Shown here piece after piece: positions 59,870-64,000 of a DNA stretch of 64,000 nucleotides. Source of the DNA: Halodesulfurarchaeum sp. Its GTDB lineage: Archaea > Halobacteriota > Halobacteria > Halobacteriales > Halobacteriaceae. The stretch lies in the NCBI GenBank assembly GCA_042216015.1, contig JBDGUI010000011.1:23331-87330 (forward strand). Reading direction: 5' to 3'. The position numbers were made by a program, and so were the translations under genes. Position 1 is the stretch's first letter, and every line of letters begins with the position of its first letter. The notes under the pieces were generated by a model. It saw only the letters and a program-made list of their open reading frames with translations, ran no database searches and was not told the origin of the DNA.

Positions 59870-61188
59870 TGTCTCAGAGCCCGTACGCACCGAACACCGA
59901 GACGGACATGTCGGAGATGCTTGCGGCCGTCGGGGTATCGGACGTCGAGGAGCTCTTTGACATCCCCGAGCGGGAGCGCTTCGACGGTGAATTCGACATC
60001 GAATCCCGCTCCGAGCCCGCGGTCCGGGCGATGGTCGGGGACATGCTACAGAAAAACGAGAACCTCACGGAGTTTCTCGGCCGCGGCTATTACGATCACT
60101 ACGTCCCCTCCGTCGTCGACCGGCTCTCGATGCGCTCGGAGTTCCTGACCTCCTACACGCAGTACCAACCCGAGGTCACGCAGGGATTCCTGCAGGCCCT
60201 GTTCGAGTACCAGTCGATCCTCGTCGAACTCACCGGACTGCCGATCGCGAACGCGTCGATGTACGACGCCGCGAGCGGCCTCGGTGAGGCCGCATTGCTC
60301 GCCTCCCGGGTTCGGGACACCGACGGGACCGTCGTGCTGGTCCCCGAGTACGTCAGGGCGGATCGGGTCAGCGTCCTCGAAAACTACGTTGCGGGCCACG
60401 ACATTCGAGTCGAGCGGTTCGGAACCGAGGACGGAACCGTCGATCTCGCCTCCCTCGAGACGGCGATCGACGGGGACACGCTGATGGTCTATGCGGAATC
60501 GCCGACGACGCGCGGGACCATCGAGGAGCACCTCGAGCGGATCGGTGACCTCGCCCACGACCACGACGCGATGTTCACCGTCGGGAGCGATCCGGTCGCG
60601 ATGTCGCTGCTCGAGGCACCCGGCGATCTCGGGGCCGACGTCGTGGTGGGTGAGGCGGTACTCGGCCTGCCGAACGCCTACGGGATGGGACTCGGCATCT
60701 TCGCCACGCGCGAGTCCTACCTTCGGCACGTACCGGGTCGCCTGGTGGGAATCGGCGAGGACCAGGACGGCAAGCGGGCCTTCACCCTCACGCTCCAGAC
60801 CCGCGAACAGCACATTCGCCGCGAACGGGCGACGAGCAACATCTGTACGAATCAGGCCTGGGTCGCACTCAGAACGGCCATGCACGCCGCCCACCTGGGC
60901 CCCGACGGGCTGGTCGACCTGGCGAAGCAGATGGTCGAACTCCCGCGGGAACTCGCCGCCGAACTCGACCAACTCCCGGGCGTCGAGGCGCCGGTTCACG
61001 ACCGGCATCATTTCCGGGACTTCGTCGCCCGGACCGAGGACTCAGCCGTGGAGATCGCCGACGAACTCGAATCCGCCGGCTTTGCCGTCCACGCACTGAG
61101 CGAGGACGAACTCCAGTTCTCGGTGACCGAGACGAACGAACACGCGATCGACGATCTCGTCGCGGCCGTCGAGGAGGTGGTCGCCTGA
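59869..61188 (+). CDS. gcvPA: Glycine dehydrogenase subunit 1
   Basis: [42 protein letters not shown]. Confidence 0.96.
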   Translation: MSQSPYAPNTETDMSEMLAAVGVSDVEELFDIPERERFDGEFDIESRSEPAVRAMVGDMLQKNENLTEFLGRGYYDHYVPSVVDRLSMRSEFLTSYTQYQPEVTQGFLQALFEYQSILVELTGLPIANASMYDAASGLGEAALLASRVRDTDGTVVLVPEYVRADRVSVLENYVAGHDIRVERFGTEDGTVDLASLETAIDGDTLMVYAESPTTRGTIEEHLERIGDLAHDHDAMFTVGSDPVAMSLLEAPGDLGADVVVGEAVLGLPNAYGMGLGIFATRESYLRHVPGRLVGIGEDQDGKRAFTLTLQTREQHIRRERATSNICTNQAWVALRTAMHAAHLGPDGLVDLAKQMVELPRELAAELDQLPGVEAPVHDRHHFRDFVARTEDSAVEIADELESAGFAVHALSEDELQFSVTETNEHAIDDLVAAVEEVVA

Positions 61189-62618
61189 TGCGACACTACG
61201 ACCAGGCGACCTTCTTCGAGGACGACAGCGAGGTCTACGAGCGTCTGCTCTCCGAGAAGTTCGGCACCGAAGAGACGATCGATGAGTCGCCGCTGCCGGA
61301 GGAGTTGACGCGAGATTCAATCGAGCTGCCGGCCCCCTCCGAACCTGAGCTGTCCCGTCACTACGTGCGGCTGTCCCAGCAGAACTACGCCATCGAAACG
61401 GGCCCGTACCCGCTGGGGTCCTGTACGATGAAGTACAACCCGCCGTTCACCGAGGATGTCGCGGCGGACCCCAACGGCCTGGTCCATCCGGACCGCTCGG
61501 GCGAGACGGTCCAGGGGAATCTGGAACTGCTCTACCAGCTTCAGGAGTACCTCGCGGAGATCGGTGGGATGGACGCCGTCACGCTGCAGCCCCCCGCCGG
61601 GGCGGCAGGCGAATTCACCGGCAACCGGATCGCCGCCGCCTACCACGAGGCAAACGGCGAAGACCACCGAAACGAGGTCGTCGTCCCGGATACAGCACAC
61701 GGCACGAACCCGGCGAGCGCGGCGATGGCCGGCTACGACGTCGTCGAGATTCCGAGCGGCGACGACGGCCGGGTCGACCTCGACGCCCTCGAGGCGGCCG
61801 TCGGCGAGGACACTGCCCTGTTCATGCTCACGAACCCCAACACCCTCGGGCTCTTCGAGCGCGACATCGAGGCGATCGCGGAGATCGTCCACGAGGCAGG
61901 GGGGCTCGTCTACTACGACGGGGCGAACCTCAACGCCCTCCTCGGTCGGGCCCGACCCGGCGACATGGGCTATGACATCATGCACTACAACGTGCACAAG
62001 ACCTTCGCCACCCCGCACGGTGGCGGCGGCCCAGGGGCCGGCCCGGTCGGAGTCGTCTCGGAACTCGAGGCGTTCCTCCCCTCTCCGCAGGTCGAGAAAA
62101 CGGACGAGGACTTCGAACTCGTCGAGCCCGAGCAGTCGATCGGGAAGGTCCACGATTTCCAGGGCAACTGGCTGGTGTTGATCAAGGCGATGGCCTACAT
62201 CGCTCGACTCGGCAATTCGGGGCTCAAGGACACGAGCGCGAACGCGGTCCTCAATGCGAATTACCTCGCCGAGCAGGTCGACGTGGAGATCCCCTTCGAG
62301 CCATTCCACCACGAGTTCGTCGCGAGTGCCGGCGACCTCGACGCCTCGGACATGGCAAAGCGCATGCTCGACTTCGGCGTCCATCCGCCCACGACCAAGT
62401 GGCCGGAGATCGTCTCGCAGGCGCTCATGACCGAACCGACCGAGGCCGAGAGCAAACAGACGCTCGATCAACTCGCGGAGGCGTTCAACGCCGCCTTCGC
62501 CGCCGAATCGGAGGAACTCTCGAGTGCCCCCCACCGCACGACGGCCCCGCGGATCGACCAGGCCGACGCGGCCCGGAACCCCCGGCTGTCCTGGCACGCC
62601 CTCGAGGACGACGAATAA
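61188..62618 (+). CDS. gcvPB: Glycine dehydrogenase subunit 2
   Basis: YPLGSCTMKYNP, HGTNPASA, DGANLNA, HKTFATPHGGGGPG. Confidence 0.96.
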   Translation: MRHYDQATFFEDDSEVYERLLSEKFGTEETIDESPLPEELTRDSIELPAPSEPELSRHYVRLSQQNYAIETGPYPLGSCTMKYNPPFTEDVAADPNGLVHPDRSGETVQGNLELLYQLQEYLAEIGGMDAVTLQPPAGAAGEFTGNRIAAAYHEANGEDHRNEVVVPDTAHGTNPASAAMAGYDVVEIPSGDDGRVDLDALEAAVGEDTALFMLTNPNTLGLFERDIEAIAEIVHEAGGLVYYDGANLNALLGRARPGDMGYDIMHYNVHKTFATPHGGGGPGAGPVGVVSELEAFLPSPQVEKTDEDFELVEPEQSIGKVHDFQGNWLVLIKAMAYIARLGNSGLKDTSANAVLNANYLAEQVDVEIPFEPFHHEFVASAGDLDASDMAKRMLDFGVHPPTTKWPEIVSQALMTEPTEAESKQTLDQLAEAFNAAFAAESEELSSAPHRTTAPRIDQADAARNPRLSWHALEDDE

Positions 62619-62744
62619 TCCGAGGGGATCTCTTCGGATAGCCGCTCTCTCTCTCGACAGGCCTGCATGTCCTGAGACGATATCGGGCCACTGTGCCGAC
62701 AGTCGAACCGCCGAACGACGGGACCAAAACGAGTGATCGACCGA

Positions 62745-62912
62745 TCAGGCCGAAGCCATCGCCGAATCGACGCTCTCGCCGATCAGCACCATCTCGTAGC
62801 CACACTCCTTGCACCACCACTTCGTCTTCTTCCCCAGGTGGACCTGTTCGCTCGCCATGAGCGAGAACGTACGCTCCTCCCCACAACTCGGGCAATAGTG
62901 TTCTTTTTCCAT
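62745..62912 (-). CDS. Small CPxCG-type zinc-finger protein (55 aa)
   Basis: MEKEHYCPSCG...KWWCKECGY. Confidence 0.8.
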   Translation of the reverse strand: MEKEHYCPSCGEERTFSLMASEQVHLGKKTKWWCKECGYEMVLIGESVDSAMASA

Positions 62913-63024
62913 CGTATGTCTCCCTCGGGGACCCTCCACATTGAAAATACTGGTTCGCAACCGGGGTCCCGACGGCACGAGCCGGGTGCCGAACACATTT
63001 AGCCGGGGAGTGCCTTGTCCGGGT

Positions 63025-63264
63025 ATGACACTCACGCTCTATGCCCTCGACGGCTGTCCGGACTGCGAACGGGTGATGGATTCCCTCGACGAGCACGATC
63101 TCGCGTACGACGTCCACTGGGTCGAACCCGCATTCTCCACCCGCGACGTCGTCAAAGAGATCAGCAACCAGCGTGGCGTTCCCGTCCTCGAGGACGCCGA
63201 CCGCTCGGTCGTCATGGCCAATGCAGATCGGATCGTCGAGTACATCGAAACCACGCTCGCATGA
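63025..63264 (+). CDS. Glutaredoxin-like protein
   Basis: LDGCPDC and QRGVPVL. Confidence 0.88.
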   Translation: MTLTLYALDGCPDCERVMDSLDEHDLAYDVHWVEPAFSTRDVVKEISNQRGVPVLEDADRSVVMANADRIVEYIETTLA

Positions 63265-63791
63265 CTGTCTACACTGGCCGCGGAGACGAGGGCGAGACCG
63301 ATCTCTTCGACGGGTCCAGAGTCTCGAAGACCGATCCCCGGGTCGTCGCGTACGGGACCGTCGACGAACTGAACGCGCTCGTTGGCGTGGCCCATCCCAC
63401 GGGTCACACGGACATCGATGACCGACTCGAGGCGATACAGAACCACCTTCACGTGCTCCAGGCCGATCTGGCCAACCCCGGGGCGGGCGGCGATCCGAGT
63501 ATCGATCAGTCCCACGTCGAGACCCTCGAGGACTGGATCGACGAGATGGACGAAGAACTGGAGCCCCAGACCGCGTTCATCCTCCCGGGTGGAGGGACCT
63601 CGGGGGCGAGACTCCATCACGCTCGCACGGTCTGCCGGCGGGCCGAACGACAGGTGCTGGCACTGGCCGAGCGGGAGGACGTCTCGGAAGCCATCGTCGT
63701 CTATCTCAACCGGCTGTCCGATCTGCTTTACGTCACGGCACGGTTGGCGAACGAGCACGACGGCGTGTCGGAGCAGCACCCGACGTACTGA
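63261..63791 (+). CDS. pduO: ATP:cob(I)alamin adenosyltransferase (PduO type)
   Basis: VYTGRGDEGET, AYGTVDELN, FILPGG, ARTVCRRAER, YLNRLSD. Confidence 0.94.
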   Translation: MTVYTGRGDEGETDLFDGSRVSKTDPRVVAYGTVDELNALVGVAHPTGHTDIDDRLEAIQNHLHVLQADLANPGAGGDPSIDQSHVETLEDWIDEMDEELEPQTAFILPGGGTSGARLHHARTVCRRAERQVLALAEREDVSEAIVVYLNRLSDLLYVTARLANEHDGVSEQHPTY

Positions 63792-63842
63792 CCTCCCCAA
63801 TCGGCAACGCTTAAGAGCGTCCTGTCACTAGTGAGGGTCAGC

Positions 63843-63917
63843 GGGTCGGTGGTCTAGTCAGGCTATGACGGCTCCTTCACACGGAGCAGGCCGGCGGTTC
63901 GAATCCGCCCCGACCCA
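63843..63917 (+). tRNA. tRNA-Val(CAC)
   Basis: GGGTCGGTGGTCTAGTCAGGCTATGACG GCTCC TTCACAC GGAGC AGGCCGGCGGTTCGAATCCGCCCCGACCCA. Confidence 0.97.
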
Positions 63918-64000
63918 TTTTCAGCGGCTCTCACCTCGCAGCGACCAGCTTGCTGTGTCGCTGCGATGAGATCGCGGTCGGAAATCGAGCGGCGGATTCG
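63918..64000 (+). mobile_element. Second copy of the tRNA-Val trailer element (truncated by window end)
   Basis: 81/83 nt identical to the reverse complement of 17097-17179. Mobility is inferred. Confidence 0.6.

Overview
High-GC haloarchaeal (class Halobacteria) chromosomal segment, judged from acidic proteins, cofD, rps17e, rfcL and an intron-containing tRNA-Met. Most of it is housekeeping: asd, rps17e, cofD, sucCD, trpDFEG, an intein-containing class II ribonucleotide reductase, malic enzyme, RFC large subunit, HMG-CoA synthase, gcvTHP, pduO and three tRNA genes. Four accessory features stand out. (1) An AT-richer insert at ~41.1-50.3 kb carries a methyl-transfer module unexpected in a haloarchaeon: a LigM/DesA-like GcvT-fold demethylase, a stand-alone MetH activation-domain protein, an MtaC/MttC-like corrinoid protein and an MtaA/CmuA-like Zn methyltransferase. 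The same insert holds a SAM methyltransferase, a GGCT-like protein, a putative tandem double-psi-barrel membrane protein and an MFS transporter. (2) A ~120-bp hairpin-rich non-coding trailer follows both tRNA-Val genes; the copies are 81/83 nt identical over the part visible, and the complete copy ends in a duplicated tRNA 3' end. (3) A tungstate/molybdate ABC cassette behind tRNA-Met has a ModE-like regulator, a candidate ModE box and a frameshifted Mop gene. (4) A decayed zone at 2-3.7 kb holds CDC48 fragments on opposite strands, a DUF72 pseudogene and a palindromic repeat. No CRISPR array, integrase or transposase was found. All product calls come from motif recognition by eye; no database searches were run.
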